Positions 1-8,898 of a DNA stretch of 64,000 nucleotides are shown here, one piece after another. How positions within the stretch are numbered: the stretch's first letter is position 1; each line of letters starts with the position of its first letter. The stretch comes from Desulfobacterales bacterium. Lineage in GTDB: Bacteria; Desulfobacterota; Desulfobacteria; Desulfobacterales; UBA2174. The notes beneath the pieces are model-generated. The model saw only the letters and a list, made by a program, of their open reading frames with translations, was not told where the DNA came from and searched no databases. The stretch covers positions 928,001-992,000 of the forward strand of contig CAXXWC010000021.1 of the NCBI GenBank assembly GCA_963668645.2. The letters are read 5' to 3'. Both the position numbers and the translations under genes were made by a program.

Positions 1-819
1 GAGAATCTCCAGACTCTGGCGGATCTCCAGCAAACGGGCCTCAATCCGGGCCATCACGTCCCCGCCAGGACTTTGCGGCAGGACCGGGACCAGCCAGTCC
101 ATGTCGGCATAGGCCATGTAGGGGGCATCCACGCGCACGTCCCGGGGCACGGCCGAGGCCCGCGCGGTGGGCCCCACCGCCCCGAGCCGTTCGGCCTCGC
201 TACGGGTCAGGACCCCGACGCCACTGCAACGGGCGCGGACCGAAGCGTCGAAGAGAAACAGGTCCTTAGCGCTTTCGTAGAGCGCATCGTAATCTTCGAT
301 GATGGCGCGCACCGTATCGATGCCTTCGGCCTCGATATCCCGGCGCACCCCGCCTACAGCGATCATGGCGTAGTTGACCCGGTTGCCGGTGAGCCGCTCC
401 AGGCCGTCCATCACGCTCTCACGGATGGTCCAGGTGTAGTAAAAAAGGGTATCGAAGCCCATCTGGTGGCTCATCACCCCGCACCAGAGGTTGTGGGAAT
501 GGAGCCGTTCGAGTTCGGCCACGATAGTGCGGATGTACTGGGCCCGGGGCGGCACGACGATGCCGGCGGCCTCTTCCACCGCCTGGCAAAAGGCCATGGG
601 ATGGGACACCGAGCAGATCCCGCAGATCCGCTCCACCAGGTAGATCACCTGGACGAAGTTGCGGCGGGTGGCGGCCAGCTCGATGCCCCGGTGGGTAAAG
701 CCCATGTCGATCTGAAAGTCGACGATGCGTTCGCCTTCGATCTGGCAGCGCACCCGCATCGGCTCCTTGAAGGTCGGATGGGTCGGGCCGATGGTCAGCG
801 GGTAGGCCAGCGCTTTCAT
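1..819 (-). CDS. mbhL: Group 4 [NiFe]-hydrogenase large subunit (MbhL/NuoD-like), 3' end outside window
   Basis: Not in the ORF track because it has no stop in the window. Manual translation from ATG 819: MKALAYPLTIGPTHPTFKEP...GFTHRGIE...ERICGICSVSH...AELERLHSH, containing the N-terminal Ni-binding CxxC; ATGA overlap with upstream gene. Confidence 0.88.
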   Translation of the reverse strand, partial: MKALAYPLTIGPTHPTFKEPMRVRCQIEGERIVDFQIDMGFTHRGIELAATRRNFVQVIYLVERICGICSVSHPMAFCQAVEEAAGIVVPPRAQYIRTIVAELERLHSHNLWCGVMSHQMGFDTLFYYTWTIRESVMDGLERLTGNRVNYAMIAVGGVRRDIEAEGIDTVRAIIEDYDALYESAKDLFLFDASVRARCSGVGVLTRSEAERLGAVGPTARASAVPRDVRVDAPYMAYADMDWLVPVLPQSPGGDVMARIEARLLEIRQSLEIL

Positions 820-1322
820 GAGACCTCCTCGGGCCGGTCCGTTGCGGCCGCCTGGCGCTGGGGGAAAAAGCCTTCGGGCAGATCCGGGGTGAACATGCGG
901 CTCGCATCGGACAGACCGACCACCGTGATTCCGAGCATCTCCTGGGCTTCGCGCTCCATGACCTGGGCCCCGGGCAGGATTTCCGTAATGGTGGGAACGC
1001 ACAGGTCGTCGGCCGGCAGCAGGATCTTGAGCACCACCGTCAATTCGCGGCGCGGTCCCTGTCCGGCAAAAAGGGTCAACACATAGATCAGTTCCAGGTC
1101 CTCGCCGCATGCGATGCCGGGCAGCCCGCAGGCGATGTGCAGCCGGCCGAAGCAGGCCAGGGCCGTGACCAGGTCCGGCAGGACGTCGCGCTCCACCGTG
1201 GCAATGACCGTGCTGCGCTCCACCGGGCGCCGGAAACCGTCGCTCGTCCGGCTGACGGTGACATCGTGCACATCCCCTGCAAAGCGGGTTTCCATAAGCT
1301 CTTTAAGGGTTTCAGGCTTCAT
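816..1322 (-). CDS. mbhK: NuoC/MbhK-like hydrogenase subunit
   Basis: VPTITEILPGAQVMEREAQEMLGI matches the complex I 30 kDa family; lies between small and large subunits. Confidence 0.8.
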   Translation of the reverse strand: MKPETLKELMETRFAGDVHDVTVSRTSDGFRRPVERSTVIATVERDVLPDLVTALACFGRLHIACGLPGIACGEDLELIYVLTLFAGQGPRRELTVVLKILLPADDLCVPTITEILPGAQVMEREAQEMLGITVVGLSDASRMFTPDLPEGFFPQRQAAATDRPEEVS

Positions 1323-1759
1323 GGGCCGGCCTTTTCCATTTTTTCGAGGAGTTCCCAGAGCCGCTGCACCCCGTAGATGATCGCCTCGGGCCGGGGCGGA
1401 CAGCCGGGCACGTAGACCGTCACCGGCAGAAAGCGGTCCACCGGACCGGCCATGGCGTAAGTGTCCTGGAACACCCCCTTGGTCATGCCACAGCTACCCA
1501 CCACCATCACTAGCTTCGGATCGGGGACCTGCTGGTAGACGCGCAGGATGTGGTCGCGGATCTTGACGGTCATCGTGCCGGTGACCAGCAGCAGGTCGGC
1601 GTGGCGCGGCGTGCCCACCAGCTTGATGCCGAAGCGCTCCACATCGTAGCGGGGGGTAAGCAGCGCCAGGATCTCGATATCGCAGGCATTGCACGAACCG
1701 GTGTTCATGTGAAAGGCCCAGATGGAGCGTTTCAGGGCATGGATGGTCGCCGGTTTCAA
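1319..1759 (-). CDS. mbhJ: [NiFe]-hydrogenase small subunit (NuoB/MbhJ-like)
   Basis: GSCNACDIE, PRHADLLLVTG, GSC, VPGCPPRP; TTG start at 1759 overlaps the upstream stop and follows GGAGGAGG. Confidence 0.9.
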   Translation of the reverse strand: MKPATIHALKRSIWAFHMNTGSCNACDIEILALLTPRYDVERFGIKLVGTPRHADLLLVTGTMTVKIRDHILRVYQQVPDPKLVMVVGSCGMTKGVFQDTYAMAGPVDRFLPVTVYVPGCPPRPEAIIYGVQRLWELLEKMEKAGP

Positions 1760-3678
1760 AGCCACCCTCCTCCCACCAAGGTCAGGCCGGCGGCCATGAC
1801 GACGGCCAGCCAAATCAGGTATCCGTTCAGGTCCCCGTCGTGCATCCCGGCGGTCAGGGAAAGGTAAGGGCGGATGGCTTCCTTGAAGCCCCAGTAGAGG
1901 TTGTGGGCCCCGATGCCCTGATCGATGTCTTGCAAATCGCCCGAGTTGTAAGGCTTGGCCAGCCCCGGTGGCACATCCCGGTCGCGCCGGAAAGCGATGC
2001 GCACCCAGACCAGCACCAGTGCCAGGATGCTAAAAAGCAACGCCAACCAGACCCCTGGGTGCCAGTAGATGCGCGCCATGACCTGCCCGGGGGCCGCGGC
2101 GACGCTTCCGGGCGGTGGACCGGCCCCCGGAACCAGGCTGGCCACAGCCGGCCCGATCAGGTGGCGCACGGCCTGATCTGGCCAGATCCCCAGGGCCACG
2201 ATGGCCAGAGCCATGATCCCCATGGCCGTTTTCATACCGGCCGAAAGGGTGAAGGGGCGCACCAGGTCGTCGCGCCGCACCCCGAGAAACGAGCCGTAGA
2301 ATACCTTGACGAAAGAGACCAAGGTCAGCACGGAAACGAAGATCGCCAGCATGGCCAGCAAGGGGCTGTAGCGGAACACGCTCTGGTAGATGATCAGCTT
2401 GGAGGCGAACCCGTTGAAGGGCGGGATGCCGGCGATGGCCAGGGCCCCGATGATGAAGACCACTGTGGTGAACCGGTCGTGGTGGGCCAGGCCGATCATG
2501 CGGTTGAGGTTGCGCGTGCCGTAGCGTGCCGCCATGACCCCGGCGGTGAGAAACAACAACCCCTTGTACAGGGCGTTGTTGAGAATATGAAAAATCCCGC
2601 CGGTCATGGCCGTGCGGCCGTAGTCGGCAAAGGCGGCCCCGCCGTCGGGGGCGGCGTGCAGGGCCAGCCCCACGCCGATGCCCACCAGCATATAGCCGGT
2701 CTGGGACACAGAGTGGAAGGCCATCAGGCGCATCACATCGTCCTGGATGATGGCCATGGTGACACCGACGAACATGGACAGGGCGCCCAGGACGATGATC
2801 CCGGCCCCCAGGGCCGGGTAACCGAAGAGGGTCGAAGCCGCCGGCAAGGGGGCTCCGAAGAGGGTGAAGGCCAGACGGAACAACCCGTAGAGGCTGGTCT
2901 GGCTGGCCACCATCACCAGGGCCGTGACCGGGGCCGGGGCCTCGCCGTAGGTGTCCGGCACCCACATGTGCATCGGGATGGCGCCGCATTTCATCGCCAG
3001 GGGCACGAGCATGAGCACCAGGGCGATCCGGTCGAGCTGCGTGGCAGCCAGCACCTGGTGCAGGTAGCGCATGTTGAACGATCCGTACTGGGCATAGAGC
3101 AGGCCGATGCCCACCAGAAAGAAGGTGGTGGCCACCGCACTGATCAGCATGTACTTGAAGCCGGCATAGGGCGGGTGGGGCCGGTCGCTGCGGTAGGCCA
3201 CCAGGGCCGCGGCACCGATGGAAATGATCTCCAGAAAGACGAAGAAGTTGAACAGGTCGCCGGTGAAACAAAGCCCCAGCATCCCGGCCAGCATGAGCAT
3301 CTTGATCGCGTAATAGTAGGGCTGGCGCTTGGCCTCGGCCATGAAGTGGACCGCATACAAGACGCTGCACAGGGCCACGATGCCGGCCACCAGGGCCATG
3401 AAGGCCCCGAAGGCGTCCACGTTGAAAACGATGCGCAGCGGAAAGGCCAGGCCCGCCGGTGCGCATCGTCCCGGATCCATGGCCCCGACGGCATAGACCA
3501 GCTCACGGCCTTCCAGGCAGACCCGGGCAAAGACATGCAGCAGCATCAGGTCGACGGCCACGACCGTACTGATCGCCAGAACCTGGCCCGCGCCTCGCGC
3601 CCGGCCGGAAAAGGCCGGCAGCAGGAAGGCGGCCAGAAACGGCAGGGCCACCACCAGGACCGGGAAATGATCACTCAT
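1756..3678 (-). CDS. mbhH: MrpD/MbhH antiporter-like subunit with MbhI-like C-terminal fusion
   Basis: GDLFNFFVFLEI, KCGAIPMHMWVPD, GIPPFNGFASK; extra C-terminal ~105 aa (YWHP...KPYNSG...NLYWG...HDGDLNGY) resembles MbhI. Confidence 0.88.
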   Translation of the reverse strand: MSDHFPVLVVALPFLAAFLLPAFSGRARGAGQVLAISTVVAVDLMLLHVFARVCLEGRELVYAVGAMDPGRCAPAGLAFPLRIVFNVDAFGAFMALVAGIVALCSVLYAVHFMAEAKRQPYYYAIKMLMLAGMLGLCFTGDLFNFFVFLEIISIGAAALVAYRSDRPHPPYAGFKYMLISAVATTFFLVGIGLLYAQYGSFNMRYLHQVLAATQLDRIALVLMLVPLAMKCGAIPMHMWVPDTYGEAPAPVTALVMVASQTSLYGLFRLAFTLFGAPLPAASTLFGYPALGAGIIVLGALSMFVGVTMAIIQDDVMRLMAFHSVSQTGYMLVGIGVGLALHAAPDGGAAFADYGRTAMTGGIFHILNNALYKGLLFLTAGVMAARYGTRNLNRMIGLAHHDRFTTVVFIIGALAIAGIPPFNGFASKLIIYQSVFRYSPLLAMLAIFVSVLTLVSFVKVFYGSFLGVRRDDLVRPFTLSAGMKTAMGIMALAIVALGIWPDQAVRHLIGPAVASLVPGAGPPPGSVAAAPGQVMARIYWHPGVWLALLFSILALVLVWVRIAFRRDRDVPPGLAKPYNSGDLQDIDQGIGAHNLYWGFKEAIRPYLSLTAGMHDGDLNGYLIWLAVVMAAGLTLVGGGWL

Positions 3679-4030
3679 GGTGTTCAATCCCCTTTAGCCG
3701 TTCGGTCTCGACGGTGCCGTTTTGGCGGCCGGTGAGCACCGCCAGGGTGATCATCAGGGCCGTGGTGGCAAACCCGATGACGATGTTGGTCAGGATCAGG
3801 GCCTGGGGCGTGGGCAGCACCATAATGAGCGGTCCCGGAGTCCAGGCCTGGGTGAAGATCGGCGCCGTGGCCCCGGACCGGTAACCCAAAGAGACCAGGA
3901 AAAGGTTGACCCCGGCCTCCATGATATTCACCGCGATGGTGATCTTGATCAGGTTGCGCCGGAAGAGGACCCCGTAAAGACCGAGCACCAGCAGTCCCAT
4001 GACGCTCAGGTAAAGGATGTGGGGAACCAT
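3671..4030 (-). CDS. mbhG: MrpC/MbhG subunit
   Basis: NLIKITIAVNIMEAGVNLFLV, PQALILTNIVIG; RBS GGAGGTG before ATG 4030. Confidence 0.88.
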   Translation of the reverse strand: MVPHILYLSVMGLLVLGLYGVLFRRNLIKITIAVNIMEAGVNLFLVSLGYRSGATAPIFTQAWTPGPLIMVLPTPQALILTNIVIGFATTALMITLAVLTGRQNGTVETERLKGIEHHE

Positions 4031-4109
4031 GGGCACCTCCCTCCAGTTCACGGCATGATGCTTCGATCTCCCAGAACTTTTTGAAGACAGGCGAAATACT
4101 GGGCGCCTG

Positions 4110-4937
4110 TCATTGGCCGGAATCCTCCCGGCACCCGAATCCGGAAACCTGCACCAGCAGCACCAGGATGATGCTCAAGCCGCAAAAGACTTCCAGCCCC
4201 ACGGAAATGTTGAGCAGCGGCAGGATTCCGCCGCTGAGCAGCTCGCCGCCGTTGGGGCCGAGGGCCACCGTACGGCCCAGGGGCAGATCCGGCCGGGCAG
4301 CGAGAAAGTTGCGAAGAAAGGCGGTCCCCAGCCCGGCCAATCCCAGCCCCACGAAAGCGACCAGCCCGGCCGATTCGAAGATCGCCAACCACCCGCGGAT
4401 GACGCCAGGTGCGCGGCCCAGGCGCTGCGCCACCAGGGCCAGGGCCGTGGCCGAAGCCATGACGGCCCCGCCCTGGAACCCGCCGCCCGGCGACAGGTGG
4501 CCGTGCACCACCACATAGGCCCCGAATACCAGGATCGCCGGATAGACGAGCGCCACGGCCAGCCGGACCACCAGGCTCTCGCCTCTCCCGGCCTCCGGGT
4601 CCGGAGGCCTGTCGCTTTCCGGTCTCAGGCCCGGAATGAGCAGCATGGTGATGCTGGCCACGGTGAGAAAGAGCACCGCGGCTTCTCCCATGGTGTCCAG
4701 GCCGCGATAGTCGAAGACCACGCTGGTGACGATGTTGTTGGAGCCGGTTTCGGCCTGGCCGAAGCGCAGAAAATAATCGTCCATCGTCGTTGGAAGAGTC
4801 GGGACGCCGGTGGTCGAACCGACCTGCGCCAGCACGGCCGGATTGCCGGGGGGGATGCCCACCGGATGCAGATGGGCTGCAGCGGCGAGCAAAAAGGCCA
4901 ACAGCCAGGTCAGGCAGATGAAACCGGCGATCCTCAT
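4110..4937 (-). CDS. MrpB-type subunit (MbhE+MbhF fused)
   Basis: NIVTSVVFDYRGLDTMGE (MbhE-like) and HGHLSPGGGFQGG (MbhF/MnhB) in one frame; ATG 4937 overlaps the upstream stop. Confidence 0.85.
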   Translation of the reverse strand: MRIAGFICLTWLLAFLLAAAAHLHPVGIPPGNPAVLAQVGSTTGVPTLPTTMDDYFLRFGQAETGSNNIVTSVVFDYRGLDTMGEAAVLFLTVASITMLLIPGLRPESDRPPDPEAGRGESLVVRLAVALVYPAILVFGAYVVVHGHLSPGGGFQGGAVMASATALALVAQRLGRAPGVIRGWLAIFESAGLVAFVGLGLAGLGTAFLRNFLAARPDLPLGRTVALGPNGGELLSGGILPLLNISVGLEVFCGLSIILVLLVQVSGFGCREDSGQ

Positions 4938-5179
4938 GTCTCCTCCTTGCGCCCGGCCATGACCACGGCGATGACAAACACCACCGTGGTCAGACAGGCC
5001 CCGATACCCGCCTCGGCGATGGCCACATCCGGGGCGTCCAGCAGGAAAAAAATCACTGTGAGCACGAGGCTGAAAGCGGCAAAAACCAGCACGGCCACCA
5101 GAAGATCGCGAGTAAAAAGGATAATCGCCGCAGCAATCAGAAGCGCGGCCAAAAGCACCCCGAAAAGGATACCGTTCAC
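4934..5179 (-). CDS. mbhD: MbhD (DUF4040) subunit
   Basis: 81 aa hydrophobic protein with APDVAIAEAGIG motif. Confidence 0.85.
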   Translation of the reverse strand: MNGILFGVLLAALLIAAAIILFTRDLLVAVLVFAAFSLVLTVIFFLLDAPDVAIAEAGIGACLTTVVFVIAVVMAGRKEET

Positions 5180-5535
5180 GGCGCGCCTCCTTTCCGGGCC
5201 TGCCGGTCTGCCTTGAGTTCATCTAAGCGCACGCGGCGCGGCCGGTCCCCGCGCAGGTAGGATGCCCGGGCGATGGCGTGGGCCCCCACCGGATTGGTGG
5301 CCAGTACGACAGCCAGGGCCACCAGACTGTGAACCGCCAGGGTCAATCCAACCACGCCGCCGATGCGGATCCCGTCCAGCACCACGGCCAGCACGATGAA
5401 GATGGTGGCCAGGGTCGTGGTCTTGGTGGCCGCATGCAACCGGGTATAGACATCCGGGAAGCGAAAAAGCCCCACGATGCTCAGGGTGTTGAAGAAAAGG
5501 CCGAGACCGATGAGAATGTAAACGGCGGCTTCCAT
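5176..5535 (-). CDS. mbhC: MrpG/MbhC subunit
   Basis: GLFRFPDVYTRLHAATK, NPVGAHAIARA. Confidence 0.9.
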   Translation of the reverse strand: MEAAVYILIGLGLFFNTLSIVGLFRFPDVYTRLHAATKTTTLATIFIVLAVVLDGIRIGGVVGLTLAVHSLVALAVVLATNPVGAHAIARASYLRGDRPRRVRLDELKADRQARKGGAP

Positions 5536-5539
5536 GAGG

Positions 5540-5797
5540 TCAGCGCCTCCTTTCCATCAGCTTGGCGACAAACAGGGTTCCCACGAAAGAAACCAGGCCG
5601 TAAACGATGGCGATATCGACGTAGAGCGCCTTTTGCTGGCCTGCCCCCAGCAGGACCAGCAGGGCCACCACGATGGTGTTGATGGTGTCCAGGGCCACCA
5701 CCCGCTCGGGAACCGTGCGGCTCAGCGCCATGCGCACCAGGGCCAGCAGGATGTTGAGGCCCAACACGAGGGCCGAAACCAGCCAGAAGGTCGTCAT
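5540..5797 (-). CDS. mbhB: MrpF/MbhB subunit
   Basis: ERVVALDTI, YVDIAIVYGLVSFVGT; ATG 5797 overlaps the upstream stop. Confidence 0.88.
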   Translation of the reverse strand: MTTFWLVSALVLGLNILLALVRMALSRTVPERVVALDTINTIVVALLVLLGAGQQKALYVDIAIVYGLVSFVGTLFVAKLMERRR

Positions 5798-6441
5798 GGA
5801 ACCCGCCTTGGACGCGACAGCCAGCGGACCCAGGGCAGAAGACTGCCCGCCACAGCCCGGGTGGCGGCTTCGCGGTCTTGGATCGTTTTCCAGTTCAGGC
5901 AATGGACGTAGAGCACCTTTTCATCTTCGTCCACCACCAGGGTCAGTGTGCCGGGCGACAGGGTTATGCAATTGGCCAGCAGGTAAAGGCCCATGGGGCT
6001 GTCGATACCCGGCTCGATGCGCACGATGGCAGGCTGGATACGACCGGTGACAATGCACCACAGCACTTCCAGATTGGCCTTGATCAGGGCATATAAGAAA
6101 GGTCCGATCAGGTAGACCACAGCGGCGCACCATCGGATCGGATCGAGCCATACGGTGGATAAGTCCCTTCCGGCGACGCGCCGGGCACCCCGGGCGCAAA
6201 GCAAACCGATCAGGATGGCGGCAAAAATCTCCGGCCAGGACCAGAGTCCCAAAATGTTGCCGCTGCCGGCGGCGAGCACCAGGTAGAGACAAAGTGGAAG
6301 TAAAAACAGAACGGTGAATCGATATACCGGCTCCCAGGGCGGGACGGCCGGATGATGAACATCAGGAGTGCGGCCCGGTGGCATGGTGGCCGGCGGATTC
6401 ACGTCGGCTTGAGCCTGAGATGAAACGCCCGTGACGGCCAT
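5794..6441 (-). CDS. mbhA: MrpE/MbhA subunit
   Basis: LANCITLSPGTLT, LYVH motifs; RBS AGGAGG before ATG 6441. Confidence 0.88.
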   Translation of the reverse strand: MAVTGVSSQAQADVNPPATMPPGRTPDVHHPAVPPWEPVYRFTVLFLLPLCLYLVLAAGSGNILGLWSWPEIFAAILIGLLCARGARRVAGRDLSTVWLDPIRWCAAVVYLIGPFLYALIKANLEVLWCIVTGRIQPAIVRIEPGIDSPMGLYLLANCITLSPGTLTLVVDEDEKVLYVHCLNWKTIQDREAATRAVAGSLLPWVRWLSRPRRVP

Positions 6442-6526
6442 GGGGGACACCTCCTGCTTTCCTGAATACGGGAGGGATGAGCGGGTGTCCGCCTTCCTGC
6501 GGCAGCGGCAATTTTCGTTAATACAG

Positions 6527-6542
6527 AGCAAATTGCATGCCG
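6527..6542 (-). promoter_or_regulatory. sigma54 -24/-12 promoter of the mbh operon
   Basis: Minus strand CGGCATGCAATTTGCT with GG-N10-GC spacing, ~85 bp upstream of mbhA. Confidence 0.6.
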
Positions 6543-6782
6543 ATTGGATGGCCCTTTCTTGATGTGGCCGGAATGATGCGATAGCGGGCGGTTGGCAGCG
6601 CCGGGGTAAAAAATAGGCGGCAGGATCCGAACTGGAAGTGGAAACTGCCAGGCGTCAGACGTCCACTGGCAGGCGACAGCCAACAAGGGATAGTTTACAG
6701 GATAAATACTTTGGGGCATTATGCTAAAATGGCTGCTTCGACACAGATCCCTTTCCAAAACCCGAAAGCGAAACGGACACGG

Positions 6783-7835
6783 ATGGCCGCCGCGATCCTG
6801 GCCCTCGGCATCTGCCTGGCGTTTTTTACAACGGCCACGGCCGAGTGCGGGATTTACCAATATCGGCGCAGCGACGGCGTCTTGGTCTTTACCGACAACC
6901 CCAACGACGTGCCGCCTGAGGCCCGGGCTATAAACAACGGGGGATCAAACGCGGCGCGTTCGGGCAAGCCCCGCGATCTGGCCGCGCAACTGGCCCGGCA
7001 AACCCCGCGCAATCCTATCGAAAAGGCTGTACTGGCCACCGTCGCCGTCAAAAGCGGAAAGGGCTTGGGCTCGGGCTTTTTCGTGACCGAGAATGGCTTT
7101 ATCATCACCAACCGGCATGTGATCCGAACCCCGCCGCAGGTCGAAAAGGCGCGTGCGGTGCGCATCGAATACATAGATTCACAGGCTGAGGAATTCTATG
7201 CCCAGGTTGCAGCCGAGCAGGAGCGCCTGGATGCTTCCCGGGCCAAACTGGAAGGCTACCGCCGCCGCATGCGCCGGGCCGATTATGAACGGAACCTCGA
7301 CTCGCTGGAAGATTGGCAGCAGAAGTTGGACCGCCAGCGCCGCGAGATCCAAGACAAGCACGAAGCCTTGCGCCAGGAACAAGCAGAGGCAGAGGCCCGC
7401 GATCGGCTCACCGACCTGGATCGCGTCTTTGATGTCTTTTTAGCCGACAACACGAAGCTGCACGCCTTTCTGGTGGCCGTGGATGAAAAATGGGACCTGG
7501 CATTGCTCAAGATCGACGGATACCGTGTCCCGCGGTTGACGTCTGCGGCCCCGCGAGAAGTCCCATTGGGGGACCCGGTCTATGCCGTGGGCAATCCGGC
7601 GGCCCTGCGCAATTCTGTGGCCAAGGGGGTGCTTTCCGGGTATGAGGGCGGATGGATCAAAACCGACGCCCGCATCTACCCGGGCAACAGCGGCGGCCCT
7701 CTGATCAACGCCTCGGGCCGCGTTTTGGGCGTCAACACATTCAAACAGCTCACCGAACGCTATGAAGGCCTTGGTTTTGCCGTTCCCATCCAGACGGTCG
7801 CCCAGGTCTTTGCCCGCCACCTGCCGCAGCAATAA
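6783..7835 (+). CDS. Exported trypsin-like serine protease with DUF4124-like N-domain and coiled-coil insertion
   Basis: Signal peptide; IYQYRRSDGVLVFTDNP; triad motifs TNRHV, DLALLKI, GNSGGP; start uncertain (6711-6783). Confidence 0.8.
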   Translation: MAAAILALGICLAFFTTATAECGIYQYRRSDGVLVFTDNPNDVPPEARAINNGGSNAARSGKPRDLAAQLARQTPRNPIEKAVLATVAVKSGKGLGSGFFVTENGFIITNRHVIRTPPQVEKARAVRIEYIDSQAEEFYAQVAAEQERLDASRAKLEGYRRRMRRADYERNLDSLEDWQQKLDRQRREIQDKHEALRQEQAEAEARDRLTDLDRVFDVFLADNTKLHAFLVAVDEKWDLALLKIDGYRVPRLTSAAPREVPLGDPVYAVGNPAALRNSVAKGVLSGYEGGWIKTDARIYPGNSGGPLINASGRVLGVNTFKQLTERYEGLGFAVPIQTVAQVFARHLPQQ

Positions 7836-8045
7836 TATAAATCACTTCAATCCATCAAAAACGTGTCCTCCTTTCGTCACCTGGCGATGGACAGGACTGT
7901 CCACTGCCCGGATGCCAGCTTGTCAAAAAGAGAATAAGGCCCATGACTCACACAAAAGGGAACAAATGATAAAATACTATTTTACAACAAACTGTTAGTC
8001 ACAGAATCGGAACGAAGACCTCAAAGATGAAAAAGGTGGAATCAA

Positions 8046-8061
8046 TGGCGCGTAATTTGCT
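8046..8061 (+). promoter_or_regulatory. sigma54 -24/-12 promoter of the [FeFe]-hydrogenase operon
   Basis: TGGCGCGTAATTTGCT with GG-N10-GC spacing, in AT-rich intergenic DNA. Confidence 0.65.
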
Positions 8062-8360
8062 TCACTTTAGTTTCATTTATTTTAGTGAACACTGTGGTGC
8101 GCAACGATGGAAGGTATGGTGCCATGGTTTTGATTGCCGACACATTACCTGATCCCGGGGGTTAAGTTCCTCTCAAAACCGACGCACGGGCTCCGAGCAC
8201 GAAACGATCGTCTCGATCAGTTCGAGCGGCCTTTGTGCACCGCATCTGTTCCCATCCTTCCGATGCCGCCATATTGATGGCGTAAATATACCCCTAATCG
8301 TAAAACAGAAGCTGACTCACAGAAATTCAATTCTTCCGATTCCCGCTCTGGAGGTGACCT

Positions 8361-8870
8361 ATGTTGCAGAAAATGGAGACTTGCGAAACATCGGGTGAGG
8401 AATTCTCGCCTGAACAGTGGCGCGCGGTCGATGCTATCATCGAAAGGCATCGATTGAAACCCGGTGTACTGATACCTGTCCTGGAGGAGATTCAAGAGAC
8501 GGTCGGATATTTGCCCGAGCCGCTTCAGCGGCGCGTGGCCAAGGGGCTGGAGGTCCCCCTGAGCCAGGTCTACGGGGTGGTAACCTTTTATTCGTATTTT
8601 ACGATGAAGCCGCGCGGCAGGCATGAAGTCAAGGTCTGCCTCGGCACGGCCTGCCATGTCCGTGGCGGTCAGAAGCTGCTCGATGCCGTCGAACAGAAAC
8701 TGGACATCTGCCCGGGCGATTGCACCGCCGACCGCCATTACAGCCTCGATGTGGTGCGCTGCATCGGGGCTTGCGGGGTGGCGCCGATCATGGTGGTTGA
8801 CAAGGATGTTCACAAGCAGGTCAAGCCGGCAAAGATAGAGGAGATCCTGGGCAAGTACCGGAAGGAATAA
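8361..8870 (+). CDS. hydC: NuoE-like [2Fe-2S] subunit of trimeric [FeFe]-hydrogenase (HydC/HndA)
   Basis: VCLGTACHVRG ... RCIGACGVAP [2Fe-2S] ligands; YGVVTFY. Confidence 0.92.
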   Translation: MLQKMETCETSGEEFSPEQWRAVDAIIERHRLKPGVLIPVLEEIQETVGYLPEPLQRRVAKGLEVPLSQVYGVVTFYSYFTMKPRGRHEVKVCLGTACHVRGGQKLLDAVEQKLDICPGDCTADRHYSLDVVRCIGACGVAPIMVVDKDVHKQVKPAKIEEILGKYRKE

Positions 8871-8898
8871 ACGTTCTCTGGACCATGAGGATAATAAA

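Noticed and set aside
4048..4113. 21-codon ORF coupled between the MrpB-like and MrpC-like genes
   Set aside because: Too short with no recognisable motif; may be chance
73..5216. Long plus-strand ORFs (73-1086, 1840-3735, 4113-5216) and similar antisense ORFs elsewhere
   Set aside because: Shadows of GC-rich genes on the opposite strand; no recognisable motifs
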